DNA of 64,000 nucleotides from Octopus sinensis (lineage: Eukaryota): the NCBI RefSeq assembly GCF_006345805.1, contig NC_043001.1:96348001-96412000 (forward strand), in the 5' to 3' direction. A program made the position numbers and the translations under genes. Below are positions 26,847 to 39,565 of this stretch, piece after piece. The number at the start of each line of letters is the position of its first letter. Positions within the stretch are counted from its first letter, which is position 1. The notes below the pieces were generated by a model. That model saw only the letters and a list, made by a program, of their open reading frames with translations, made no database searches and had not been told where the DNA came from.

Positions 26847-28037
26847 AGTAGAATTAATATTTCGCAAGCAAAAAGAGGTTACTTCGTTTAGAGTTTAGTA
26901 AAGAACCGTATAAAATAGAATATATTAAATTTCTTAGGGAACATATATCATATAAAATGATGTAACCCAAATCATATAGGTAAAGTAAAACATACAGACA
27001 CACACACGCATTCAATATATTTTTCGTAGATATAATCCATATTTCTTGTAGACTAATGTATATGAAACTATGCATACATACAATGCCGTCATCAGCAAGC
27101 GCAAGCAGACTAGTACAAAATTATTGATTTGAAATACAATGACATTGCCATGAAGTCGAAAGAGAGCATAACTCGTCTGGTCTAAAATTCGTAAATTTTA
27201 AATGATTTTTCTGTACATATAAATCATTATAGTGAAAGCGCTCCACCATCAAAATTTAACATTAAAATTTAGAAATAAGAAGAGGACTATTATAACAGCA
27301 ATAGAAATGAATATTTCGCAATTTTAACGAGAATACTTCCTCGTCCGAAGTTTAGAAAGGTGTTCAGTGAAGTAGATTATATTGATTTCATATATTATTA
27401 TATTACCGTTCTGAAATTGATTATATTCTATCTCTTTGAGCAATTTTCCAAACTTTACAGGAAGTAATATTGCCGTTATATTTGTGAAATATTTATTTTT
27501 ATTGCTATTATAATAAACCCCTTCCGATTTTTAATTTTTAATGCTAAATTTCGACGGTAGAGCATTTTAACTGTAAAGATTTCTGCACGAAGAGGAAACT
27601 AGTAAATTTCATGACTTTTCGTCTGGTTATAATATATTCTGGTTTTGCTTTATGGTGCTATCAAGGTCTATGAAATTAGTAATTTTCTTTCTTTGTGGCT
27701 GTAAATTTAGAATTCTAGATGCATATGCTCACGAGAAAAATGCGTCCATGTCTAGTGAAAAATATCCTGAATACCTACATACATGCATACATATGTATAC
27801 ATGCATACATACAAATATACACACATATACAAATCATGTGTGTTTGCCAATACAAGTACAGTTTCCACCCTAACCAAAGAACTCAAAGTTGTTAGCCTGG
27901 GTCAAGACCTGGTTGAATCAGAAGTTGTTTCTGATTTTCATTGATGATTTTGGGCAACTTGCATCTCCATGTTGTTTCATTAATTTGATACAACTTGTCC
28001 AGTCGTTGCTGCATTGTTTATTCTTTATTTTCATGTA

Positions 28038-28630
28038 TAATATATGCAGCTTTGATAATGAGTGGTGAAAAAATTACGGTTAGAGTTATTGTACGCCACC
28101 TGCGGAAAATTCACTGGTGCAAGAGCGGCAGCGGTAAAAAGATTAATGTGGAAGACTCAGGAACCATCAACAAACACGTAGCCCAAAAGTTGGTTCAAAC
28201 GTTTCAACGAAGCTGACACCAACATCGAAAGCAAAACAAGTACAGAGAGATCTTCTATAGTGGAAGATGAAGTCTTGCTTGGAATAGTTCAACAACAACC
28301 AAGAAAATGCACTCGTACGTTGTCCTTCACAAAACACCATCAGTCGACACCTCCAAAAACTCAGATTTGTGAACAGATGCTATGAAGAAGATACTCATGG
28401 ACTGACCAATGGTCAAACTCAATGACGTGTGAGCAATTGCAAATAACTGCTGGAAAATCCTCGAGATGCCCATCTTTGGTGTTGAATTGTAACAGGGCAT
28501 GAGAAATGGATGTAGTTTCGTTATCCCAATAAACGAAATCAATGGCTTCGTTCCGGCCACTTCAGAACCTGTTTTCAAATAAGAGCTCTTTGAACAGGCT
28601 ATGTTTTGCATTTGGTGCAATTCGAAAAAC
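28038..28630 (+). pseudogene. Decayed mariner transposase
   Basis: MSGEKITVRVIVRH, KWFKRFNEAD, QNTISRHLQKL, IVTGHEKW, AMFCIWCN across stops and frameshifts. Confidence 0.75.
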
Positions 28631-29124
28631 TTTTGATTCAACTTCTTACAAGTGTAATTCTAATAAGAGAGCGACAAATACAGAGTCTGTTGAAATATAT
28701 TCCATACAATTTATCTGCACACGTTACTATTGAACATTTGCATACAATATTATACATGCATGTAACGCCATTGAGTCTATGTACAAAGATTACACCACGA
28801 GAAGTTTAATAATTTTATACTTTTATGCACTATAGTAGCGCCATAAAGTAGAAACAGATTATATCATGCCCAGCCAAATAGTCGTGTAATTCAGTAGCAT
28901 CCTCTTCTCATGCAAATTTTTACAATGAAAGTGATACACCTTCGAAATTCACCATGAAAAATTAATTCAGAAGGTGGTTATTGTAATAACAATATGCAGA
29001 ATATTTATTTCTGTTGTCCTCTTTGCGATTACTTTTGTCCTCTGTGCCTGGTGATGACGGTATTGTATGAATGAATAGTTTTATATGCATATGTTTGTTA
29101 GAAACCTGTGCCTATGTTCAGGGA

Positions 29125-29260
<136 letters not shown>

Positions 29261-29360
29261 GTCTGTCTCTAGTTCAAACATACAGAAAACAAAAGACAAA
29301 GACAGGTAAGAGAACAAGAAGCAGGTGTATTAGTTTGACGCTTGAGAAGAATGGAAAAGT

Positions 29361-29396
29361 CTTTGACGTTTCGAGCCTACGCTCTTCGAGAGAAAG
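29361..29396 (-). ncRNA. Degenerate minimal hammerhead motif
   Basis: cttt-CTCTCGA-a-gagc gtag gctc-GAAA-C-GTC-aaag: stems I and II perfect, CUGANGA core has two substitutions. Confidence 0.5.
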
Positions 29397-29754
29397 GAAT
29401 GAAAGGAAATAATGGAGAGTGAGAAGAAAGAAACGGTATTAACCGTTTCACCCCCAAATCCACGTATATTAATGAGTCGAGGTGGCGGAATATTTTCTGA
29501 CTTTTAATTTTTAATGTGAAATTCTAAGAAAGTACTTTCGCTATATGGATTTGTACGCAAGAAGGAAGCATTGAAATTTCGCAACTTTTCTGTTGGACAT
29601 GATGTATTTTGCCCCCCCCCTTAAGAGGCTATCAATGACCATATACCCAGTAATCTATTTCTACGGCAGTTTGTGTTTAGTGGTAACTCCGTTGTATGTA
29701 TATATAATCTCATATGTATATATTCTCGAGGAACATGGCTTCATGTCTAGGGAA

Positions 29755-30100
29755 TTCACATACATGAGGAGACCCCCTTCGGTCATGAATGACCATGGGA
29801 TTGCACCTAGAAAGTTACCCTCCGAGGTACAAGTCCGGGCAAGGTTGTTTATGGAAAGCCAGCAGTCGCCCATGCATACCAGCCTCCCCTATCCACACCA
29901 TTGATGTTATCCAAGGGAATGGCAAAGGCCGGTACAGCTTGACACCAGTGACATCACAACTCATTTCTACTGTTGAGTTAACTGGAGCAACGTGAAATAA
30001 AGTGTCTTGCTCAATAACACAACACTTAGCCCGGTCCGGAAATCGAACTCATAAACTCGCGATCGTAAGCTCGACGCTATAACCACTGAGCCATGTGCCT
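29755..30100 (-). mobile_element. SINE family D variant
   Basis: Shared core ctggagcaacgtgaaataaagtgtcttgctcaa and tRNA-like head ending accactgagccatgtgcc; different 3' part. Confidence 0.75.
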
Positions 30101-30171
30101 TTACTATACGTATACATACACATACATATACCCATATATATATGCAAATATACACATTCATGCAGACACAC

Positions 30172-30209
<38 letters not shown>

Positions 30210-30542
30210 GTGGTTGTGAAATTAGACGCTTTAAGAATATGAACAGGGCTGTAAATAATTCCTTATATAACGACTGAGTTGGACAGTAAAAATATAAAAA
30301 AGAAGTGAACAGTCTTGCATCTGCGAATCAAATCATGTCCGTGAAGTATACCAGATGACTGAGACGAACATTATATCAAAGTTAATGATTTATAGGTACC
30401 TAGTACTTCGTTATGCAACCATTATATACTATAAGGAGTTCTAAATGTTTTTATAAGTCAGAACCGCGTTCTACTGCATCAACAGTGCTTCTTACATTAT
30501 TTTGTTAAGGTTATTTCTACAGATATTCTATGGAACTATAAA

Positions 30543-30826
30543 CCATCACTGATTTTTGCTACAACGTTTCGTATCGAGATGTTAGATGTAAACAAACAAC
30601 GTGATCGAAGACAAAAATGGGTAATGAGTGTGTATGTTATATTTCGGGAATTGTTGCCTCTTCCTCAGCACTCATCTCGTCCATTATTGCCTCCGAACAC
30701 ATTGCTTATATATAGCCACCGCATACAGCGCTGTTAAGTTATTAGATATACCAATTTACATATTAGACGCATTCCTGGGGGATGGTATGTAAACATTAAT
30801 GATGTTGTAGCAAAAATCAGTAATGG
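30543..30826. mobile_element. MITE-like unit with 25-bp inverted repeats
   Basis: ccatcactgatttttgctacaacgt vs atgttgtagcaaaaatcagtaatgg (2 mismatches). Confidence 0.6.
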
Positions 30827-31120
30827 CTAAAGTATAAGGAAAAGAAAAAAAATTGTAAGTGTAGACGAACTTTAATTAAATTCAAATCCAAGTTGGTTGA
30901 GAACCATTATACAGTCTACAAATTGCTTCCGAGTCTAATTAATTCCAAAGACAATGATGAAAAACTCTTCATGAAATACAAATTAGATTCCTCATCAGGA
31001 ATTACATACTAGTATGAATGATTACGACCAACAAAAATATACAAAGTCCGTTCGTACCCCAGACGTGAACAAATAAATGAAAGATAACAAGAACGCCAAA
31101 TATTCCAAACTAGAATATAT

Positions 31121-31276
31121 GAGTGGCTGTGTGGTAAGTAGCTTGCTTACCAACCACATGTTTCCGGGTTCCGTCCCACTGCGTGACACCTTGGGAAAAT
31201 GTCTTCTACTATAGCCTCGGGCCGGCCAAAGACTTGTGAGTGGATTTAGTAGAGGGAAACTGAACGAAGCCCGTCG

Positions 31277-31315
<39 letters not shown>

Positions 31316-31526
31316 TTGTCCCCCAACATCGCTTGACAACCGCAGCTGGTATGTTTATGTCCCCGTAACTTAGCGGCTCGGCAAAACAGACCGACAGTAC
31401 TAGGCTTACAAAGTACTAGGCTTACAAAGAATAAGTCCTGGGGTCGATTTGCTTGACTAAACAATGGCGGTGCTCCAGCATGGCCACAGTCAAATGACTG
31501 AAACAAGTAAAAGAGTAAAGGAGTAA
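31121..31526 (+). mobile_element. SINE family A with a small internal duplication
   Basis: agtactaggcttacaa duplicated at about 31397-31428. Confidence 0.88.
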
Positions 31527-32339
31527 TATATGTCCTAATTTAAACTTTATAATATAGCAAAATTAAACAGCCTCCTACAAGTAATACAGTAGAACGGCTA
31601 GAGAGAGAGAGAGAGCGAGAGAGAGAGAGAGAGAGAGTAGTACCGGTGAAGGGAGAGTAGAGAGAAAAGTAATACAGTGAAGGAGAGGCAGAGGCGGAGA
31701 GAGTAATAGCAATGACTGAGAGAGAGAGGGAAAGTAATGACCGTTTGAGGAAGAAGAGCGCGGAGTGTATCTGCTGTTCTCAGCATATGAATGAGAAAGG
31801 AAGGGGCGAATAAAGTAAAAGACAGCCATTCACCTCTGTGTGAGTATATGTATATACGTGTGTATAGGAAAAGGATGGGGTATGTGAATGTTTGTGCGTG
31901 AATGAATGTGTGGGAATGTGTGAGTGTGTGCGTACGTAATGGAAGCGCTTCCATGCGTGTGTAATGGATACGTACAAGACAACTGAGATCATTCCAATTT
32001 TGGGTATGTGTATGTATGTGTGTGATTGGGAAATATTTGAGTGCTTGTATATGTGACTGTTCTGTACTTCATTTTGTATCTTGTTTAAATAACAATTAGC
32101 CATCAATATAAACGGCACGGGGTCAGCTAATAAATAAATAGAGATAACAAAACGGTAGTAAGATAATTAAATGAATTAAATGTAAAAATCCACCGTCTCA
32201 CAAACGCAGATGGACCAAAATTAGAATACTCACAATATCTTAAAAATTAAATTAAAATAAAACTGAGCTAGAGGAACCAACTAGATTAGTAAAAAACCAA
32301 AGAGTGAAACCGAAATTATAAAACTCTCAAAACCCACTA

Positions 32340-33240
32340 AATCGTCTAATAAAACACTTACAATATTTAAAATTTTTAAACACGCGTTTATTCTTATGAA
32401 AACAGAAAAACCCCTTCCAGATTAGAGTTTAGTAGCCTTAGAACAAAGAGAGCAGAACCTAGTACCAATGATATAAGCCGGAGCCGTCCCTAAAATGCTT
32501 CTTCAATAAAGTACGTATTATTATTATTTTTAAGATTACAGATGAACTTACAAATAGTAGAAGAAGCCCTGTTTCTGTTTCTAAAGGAATGGTAATGATT
32601 TGAAACCCTTTTCTCATTATAATTAGCAGAAGAACCAATATAAAAGTAATCATTACCTTCAGAAATAACTTTAGCTTGTTAGACGACTTCCCTACGCTTA
32701 CAAAAATTACCAAGTAAACAATTTTCTTTGTTTCTACAATCACAAATGGAAGTCCCACCCCTAGTTGCACCCTCATCATTAAGTGAAAGGCGATTACCTC
32801 CATTATTATTGAAACTTATATTAGAAATAGAATTCAAACCATCCCAGCCAAACTGGCTATTAGGAAAATCATTAAAATTGATACTCATGGAATCAGTCTC
32901 GCTAAAATTAACCAAGTTATCTCGAAGATACAATCTGGATAATTTCTTTCCATTAATAGAAGAAAAAATTTAAGATAGATTCCTAGAGACTGAAAAAGCA
33001 ACTTTAATGGATCTCGGATTCAAAATCTCATAATATCTACTTTTTCTATTGAAGTACTTTAAAAACAATTTATACACTGCCCCAACTAAGTCACTTTTTA
33101 ATTGTATAGCATAGGGAATAACAAACTAAATAGTGTTACTCTTGTCCAAAACTAAATGAGAATAACCTAAAATTTTCACCTTATAGACCAACTTAGAATT
33201 ATAACCTTTTATCACATAATTTACCCCACAAATTCTTTTA
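32340..33240 (-). pseudogene. Penelope-like element C-terminal remnant (post-RT region + GIY-YIG)
   Basis: FVIPYAIQLKSDL...SRYYEILNPRSIKVAFSVSRNLS aligns with the 51.9-kb PLE; then CDCRNKENCLLGNFCKRREVV, YIGSS and SNHYHSFRNR traces. Confidence 0.8.
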
Positions 33241-35341
33241 AAATTTTTCCTAAAAATTTTTGAAAATTTTCCTCGAAAATTTTTGAAAAAGATTTTGAAA
33301 ATTTTCCTCAAAAAGTTTTGAAAATTTTCCCCAAAAATTTTTGAAAATTTTCACCAGAAAGTTTTGAAAAATTTTTTGAAAAATTTCCTCAAAAATTTGT
33401 GAAAATTTTCCAAAAAAATTTTTGAAAATTTTCACCAGAAAGTTTTGAAAAATTTTTTGAAAAATTTCCTCAAAAATTTGTGAAAATTTTCCAAAAAAAT
33501 TTTTGAAAAAGATTTTGAAAATTTTCCTCAAAAATTTTAAAAAATTTTCCCCAAAAATTTTTGAAAATTTTCACCAGAAAGTTTTGAAAAATTTTTTGAA
33601 AAATTTCCTCAAAAATTTGTGAAAATTTTCCCAAAATATTTTTGAAAATTTTCACTAAAAAGTTTTGAAAATTTTTCCCAAGAATTTTTGAAAATTTACC
33701 CCAAAAATTTTTGAAAAATTTTTTGAAAATTTTCCTCAAAAAGTTTTGAGAATTTTTCCCAAAAATTTTTTTTTAATTTTCACAAGAATTTTTGAAAATT
33801 TACCCCACAAATTCTTTTAAAATTGTTCCTAAAAGTTTTTGAAAATTTTCCTCAAAAATTTTTGAAAAAGATTTTGAAAACTTTCCTCAAAAAGTTTTGA
33901 AAATTTTTCCCAAAAATTTTTGAAAATTTTCACCAGAAAGTTTTGAAAAATTTTTTGAAAAATTTCCTCAAAAACTTATGAAAGTTTTCCCAGAATATTT
34001 TTGAAAATTTTCACCAAATATTTTTGAAAATTTTCACTAAAAATTTTCCCCAAAAATTTTTGAAAATTTTCACCAGAAAGTTTTGAAAATTTTTTGAAAA
34101 ATTTCCTGAAAAATTTTTGAAAATTTTCCCCAAAAACTTTCGAAAACTTTCACCAGAAAGTTTTAAAAAATTTTTTGAAAAATTTCCTCAAAAATTTGTG
34201 AAAATTTTCCCCAAAAATTTTTGAAAATTTTCACCAGAAAGTTTTGAAAAATTTTTTGAAAAATTTCCTCAAAACTTTGTGAAAATTTTCCCAAAAAAGT
34301 TTTGAAAATTTTCACCAAATATTTTTGAAAATTTTCACTAAAAATTTATCCCAAAAAATTTTTTGAAAAAGATTTTGAAAATTTTCCTCAAAATTTTTGA
34401 AAATTTTCACCCAGAAGTTTTGAAAAATTTCCTCAAAAATTTGTGAAAATTTTCCAAAAAATTCTTTTAAAATTTTCACCAAATATTTTTGAAAATTTTC
34501 ACTAAAAATTTTTGAAAAATTTTCCAAAATTGTTTTTTTTTAATTTTTTTTCCAAAATTTTTTGAAAAATTTTTCAAACCAAAAGTTTTGAAAATTTTCA
34601 CCAGAAATTTTTGAAAAATATTTTGAAAATTTTCACCAAATATTTTTGAAAATTTTCACTAAAAAGTTTTGAAAATTTTCCCCACAAATTTAAAAAAAAT
34701 TTTTCTGAAAATTTTCATCAAAATTTTGGAAAGTTTTTTGAAAATCTTCATCAAAATTTCTTGAAAAGTTATTTTAAAATTTTCATCAACATTTTTGAAA
34801 AGTTTTTTTTCATCAAAAGTTTTGAAAAGTGTTTTGAAAATTTTCACCAAGATTTTTGAAAAATTTTTTGAAAAATTTTTTGAAAATTTCCATCAAAGTT
34901 TTGGAATGTTTTTTGAAAATTTTCATTAAGATTTTTGAAAATATTTTGTGAAAATTTGCATAGTTTCAAAAATGTTGATGAAAATTTTCAAAAAACTTTT
35001 CATAATGCTTTGATGAAAATTAAAAAAAAATTTTGGAAAAATTTTGATTAAAATTATCAAAAATTTTGATGAAAATTTTCGCAAAACCTTTTAAAAATTT
35101 TGATGAAAATTTTGAGAAATAGTTTCAAAAATGTTGGTAAAAATGTCCAAAAAACTTTTCAAAAGTTTTGATGAAAATCTTCAAAAAACTTTTGAAAAAT
35201 TTCAATGAAAATTTTCAAAAAACTTTTCAAAAATTTTGATGAAAGTTTTCAAAAAACTTTTGAAAAATTTCAATGAAAATTTTCAAAAACCTTTTCAAAA
35301 ATTTTGATGAAAATATGTAAAAAAACTTTTCAAAAATTTGA
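33210..35341. repeat. A/T-tract satellite (about 20-bp subunit tttgaaaattttc(N)aaaa, about 81-bp higher-order unit) with an orientation switch near 34960
   Basis: tcaccagaaag at 33351/33432 and 34150/34231; left part ttttgaaaattttcatcaa, right part ttgatgaaaattttcaaaa. Confidence 0.92.
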
Positions 35342-35342
35342 T

Positions 35343-35470
35343 GCAGGAGCCTTGTGGAGCTTTAGGAATTGTCGCTCAATAAACACACACAACGCCTGGT
35401 CTGGGAATCGAAACCGCGATCCTCCGACCGCGAGTTCGCTGCCCTAAACACTGGGCTATTGCGCCTCCAC
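35343..35470 (-). mobile_element. SINE family C head fragment
   Basis: Reverse complement of 22044-22170. Confidence 0.85.
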
Positions 35471-35784
35471 TGTTCTTGATGCCTTTGTTGTTGTCGATGC
35501 TTACGACGTCGTTGTTGTTTTTGCATTGTATTGGTGTTGTCAATGCTGGTTGTTGTTACTGAGGGTTTCGCCATTGATTTTGTTGTGTTGTTGTTTTGTC
35601 ACTGACGTTGTTACTCTAACTTTCCTCATCATCACCATTGTTGTTGATCTTTAATACCTTTCCAGTTTCGACCACTACATTTATATTTATATATCCATGA
35701 CAATACTACCTAATGTCTATCTCTCCCTTACTTTTGAAAGACAGGATATGATCTGAAAATTTCAGAAGAGGCTTAGTGATTATT

Positions 35785-35945
35785 GGCATTCGTGAGTTCA
35801 ATTCCAGGCGACGTGTTGCGTCCTTGAGCAAGACACTTTATTTCACGTTGCTCCAGTGCACTCAGCTGGCAAAAATGAGTTGTACCTGTATTTCAAAGAG
35901 CCGGCCTTGTCACATTCTGTGTCAAGCTGAATCTCCCTGAGAACT
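35785..35945 (+). mobile_element. SINE family D variant fragment
   Basis: gagttcaattcc...ccttgagcaagacactttatttcacgttgctccag...cagctggcaaaaatgagt. Confidence 0.75.
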
Positions 35946-35956
35946 AGTTTTTCTTA

Positions 35957-36360
35957 GGCGCAGGAATAGCTGTGTCGTAAGTAGCTTGTTTACCAACCAC
36001 ATGGTTCCGGGTTCTGTCCCACTGCGTAGCACTTTGGGCAAGTGTCTTCTACTATAGCCTCGGGTCGACCAAAGCCTTGTGAGTGGATTTGTTAGACGGA
36101 AACTGAAAGAAGCCCGTCGTATATGTGAGCGTGTATGTGTGTGTGTGTGTGTGTTTGTGTGTCTGTGTTTGTCCACCCAACATCGCTTGACAACCGATGA
36201 TGGTGTGTTTGTGTCCCCGTGACTTAGCAGTTCAGCAAAAGAGACCGATAGAATAAGTACTAGGCTTACAAAGACTAAGTCCTGGGGTCGACTTGCTCGA
36301 CTAAAGGCGGTGCTCCAGCATGGCCGGAGTCAAATGACTGAAACAAGTAAAAGAGTAAAA
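35957..36360 (+). mobile_element. SINE family A
   Basis: Homology to A consensus. Confidence 0.9.
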
Positions 36361-36642
36361 GAAAATAGAATCTACTATTGGTTTCTAGTGGATCAAGCAA
36401 ACATGCAGAGGTTTGCGGCCCAGGGTTGAAAATATTATCAGGATAGCAATGTCTGCATAAAAAATCTGCTGACGAAATTTCTACTGGTTGGCAGATATCA
36501 TTGAAACAATGCAACTTCCTGTCAACCACGAGGTTGTTGTTGCTTCTGTTGCTGTTGCTGTTGAGCGAAGCAGGCTTCGTCCCAGAGTGGGAGAAGTCCG
36601 AAACGTGGTCCTTTGCTATTCGTAAGACACGCAGAAAGAGAA

Positions 36643-36907
36643 AGCAGGTCAACCCCCGACACCGAGAGCATCAACGGATGGATGAATGCGCATCCAGGCT
36701 CAGTGGTTGCGTAGGAAGTCGGGGACAAGAAACAGGAAGAAAGAGTGAGAGAAAGTTGGAGCGAAAGAGTACAACAGGGGTCGCCCACCCCCTGCTGGAG
36801 CTTCGTCGAGCTTTAGGTGTTTTCGCTCAATAAACACACACAACGCCCAGTCTGGGAATCGAAACCGCGAGTCCGCTGCCCTAACCACTGGACTATTGCG
36901 CCTCCAT
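36643..36907 (-). mobile_element. SINE family C, longer internal variant
   Basis: Head and gttgacctgct shared with 22044 copy. Confidence 0.8.
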
Positions 36908-37932
36908 TGTTGTTGCTGCAGTCGTTGCTGTTGTATCACCCTTGACCAACCTTGATCGTTCTATGATCATGGGTGTTCTAACTAAAGTTCCGTTGAAGTT
37001 GTGTCTGTGTGTGTGCGTGTGTGCTTATGTGTGTGATCACGCTCAGACATTTTCTTTTGTGCAAATTTTCTTTCTTTGTAAACTTTGTGAGCATCCGTGT
37101 GAATATCTATCGCTTAAATTTCTTGAATAAAAACAAAAATCCGATTTCATCTTAAAAGCCTTGTGTGTGCATCGTTTTTCTTTCCTAGTAGCAAAATACG
37201 TGTGCGCGCGCACATGTGCACAGTTAGAAGGAACAGTTGCTCCAACAACCACATCAACCATCTCATCTCTGCTTCCGCCACAGTTTATCTTAAACTACAG
37301 TATCGAATGCAGAGTTCTCAAACGACATGTTGCGGATTTTAAAAAAATAAGAAATAATTTATGTCTTTAGAAAATCTATACTAATGCTTAAGTTTCTTGA
37401 AAAACGTGCCATTAATATTTTTTTACGCAAGAGTGATTAATTAAACAAAGTAAGAAATATTTTTTCTGTATTTTTTCTAAATTTTAAACTTTGAAACAGT
37501 ATTTTCTTTAAAAGAATTTCAATGCGAAGTGCGCCAGTAACTTTTAACTTTCCACGCGTTGAGTGTTAGTGATTTTCTTTTGATCTCCAATCCACCACAA
37601 AGTCAAAATGGTTGAAAAATCATTGATCTAACGAATCCTATTTTTTTCTCTCAGAGACAGCAGGGTGTGATTTGAGGATGATTTAGCTGCTATTGCGTTA
37701 GAAGATTAAGCGAACATTTAGCGGCTTTCTATCAGCTCATAAGTAAGCTGTTTGAAGCAATAAGTTAAGGCGGAGGTTCTTAAACATTTTGGGTTACCGC
37801 CCACCTCATGGCCACATAATACCCTCGGCGCCCTACCCCTATTTTTATGCATAAATAAATATTTTATATTTTACTAATTTATATATACTATGAATCATTT
37901 GATATTGAATATATTATATAATTTGTATACAG

Positions 37933-38158
37933 TACTCTTTTACTTGTTTCATTCATTTGACTGCGGCCATGCTGGAGCATCGCCTTTAGTCGAGCAAATC
38001 TACCCCAGGACTTATTCTTTGGAAGCCTAGTACTTATTCTATCGGTCTCTTTTGCCGAACCGCTAAGTTACGGGGACGTAAACACACCACCGTCGATTGT
38101 TAAGCGATGGTGGGGGACAAACACAGACACACAAACATATACACACTCATATATATAT

Positions 38159-38207
<49 letters not shown>

Positions 38208-38365
38208 GACGGGCTTCTTTCAGTTTCCGTCCACCAAGTCAACTCACAAGGCTTTGGTCGGCTCGATAGTAGAAGACTCTTGCCCAAGGTGCCACGCAGT
38301 GGGAATGAACCCGGAACCATGTAGTTGGTAAGCAAGCTACTTACCACACAGCCACTCCTGCGCCT
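37933..38365 (-). mobile_element. SINE family A
   Basis: Homology to A consensus. Confidence 0.9.
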
Positions 38366-38995
38366 ACTATAATAATGTTATAAATTCATACTCCCCAATC
38401 CACTTCCTTCCTCCCAATGTCTCCTTTTTCTCTACAACCTCACCGCACCGCCCCTTAGAAACCAGCGCCCACCTGGACACTCTCAACGGCGACCAGGGGG
38501 CAGTAGAGTCCACTTTGAGAAGCTATGGGTTAAAGTAATGTCAACATATTTAATGCATGAAAACACTGAAATGCTAACTGGAAATAATATTGTTATTCAA
38601 AAGTTATCACAGTATTACCTCTGATCGCATTATAATATTGCTTTAAAATTTGACACAAGGCCAGCAATTTCGATGGAAGGATAAGTCTATTAGATCAACC
38701 TCAGTGTTAAACTGGTACTTATTTCATCAACCCCGAAAGGGCTGAAAGGCAAAATCGTTCTTGGCGGAACTTGATCTCAAGACGTGAAGACGGACGAAAT
38801 ACTGCTAAGCATTTTACCCAGCGTGCTAAAGATTCTTATTTTTACTCTATGCACAAGGCACGAAATTTTGGGGGAGGGGGCCAGTCGATTAAATCGATCT
38901 GAGTACGCAACTGGTACTTAATTTATTGACCACGAAAGCACAAAAGGCAAAGTGGACCTCGGCTGAATTTGAACTCAGAACGTAAAGACAGATGA

Positions 38996-39231
38996 AATAC
39001 CTATTTCTTTACTACCCACAAGGGGCCAAACACAGAGAGGACAAACAAGGACAGACAAACGGATTAAGTCGATTATATCGACCCCAGTGCGTAACTGGTA
39101 CTTATTTAATCGACCCCGAAAGGATGAAAGGCAAAGTCGACCTCGGCGGAATTTGAACTCAGAACGTAGCGGCCGACGAAATACTGCTAAGCATTTCGCC
39201 CGGCGTGCTAACGATTCTGCCAGCTCGCCGT
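38996..39231 (-). mobile_element. SINE family B, adjoining older B-like copies (about 38640-38995)
   Basis: Homology to 14718/45466; aataggtatt on both flanks. Confidence 0.88.
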
Positions 39232-39492
39232 CTTAGTACTAATACCTATTAAGGTCCCAGCTATAGGTTAAACAGCATGTAACGACCTGGGCCAAGGTGT
39301 GTTCAAATCAGAGATGCAACATGGTGGATGTGAACTATTTCGGTAGATGAGCTTATTGAGTTAATGGCAAATATCCCTAGATGCTGAGCAGATGAAAAGG
39401 TAACGGTCTACGGCCAGGATCAACTAGTTCAGATAGTAGGTACAGGTCTATCGTCTGTGCCTACTACCGTAGGTACCTAATACAGTAGGCAT

Positions 39493-39565
39493 CTGCTATC
39501 GTCTGTCGTGCAGACGATAGCAGGTCTATCGTCTGTCGTGCAGACAATAGCAGGTCTATTGTCTG
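39493..39565. repeat. Tandem 30-bp hairpin units
   Basis: ctatcgtctg-tcgtg-cagacgatag-caggt repeated about 2.3 times. Confidence 0.9.

Noticed and set aside
30955-31005. CTGATGAGGAAT... on minus
   Set aside because: No GAAA or stem III downstream
33126-34850. K/F/I/N-rich ORFs (MRKIFKIFFKNF...)
   Set aside because: Translations of the A/T satellite
36555-36620. CTGTTGA...GAAACGTGGTC HHR-like arrangement
   Set aside because: A6 absent and stems I/II do not close convincingly
36275-36652. 125-aa minus-strand ORF (AKDHVSDFSHSG...)
   Set aside because: Both ends lie in SINEs (C and A), no convincing donor site and no recognisable domain
37765-38530. Possible hAT MITE ends (gaggttcttaaac ... 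ctttgagaagctatg) around SINE A
   Set aside because: TIRs too degenerate and no TSD to support a call
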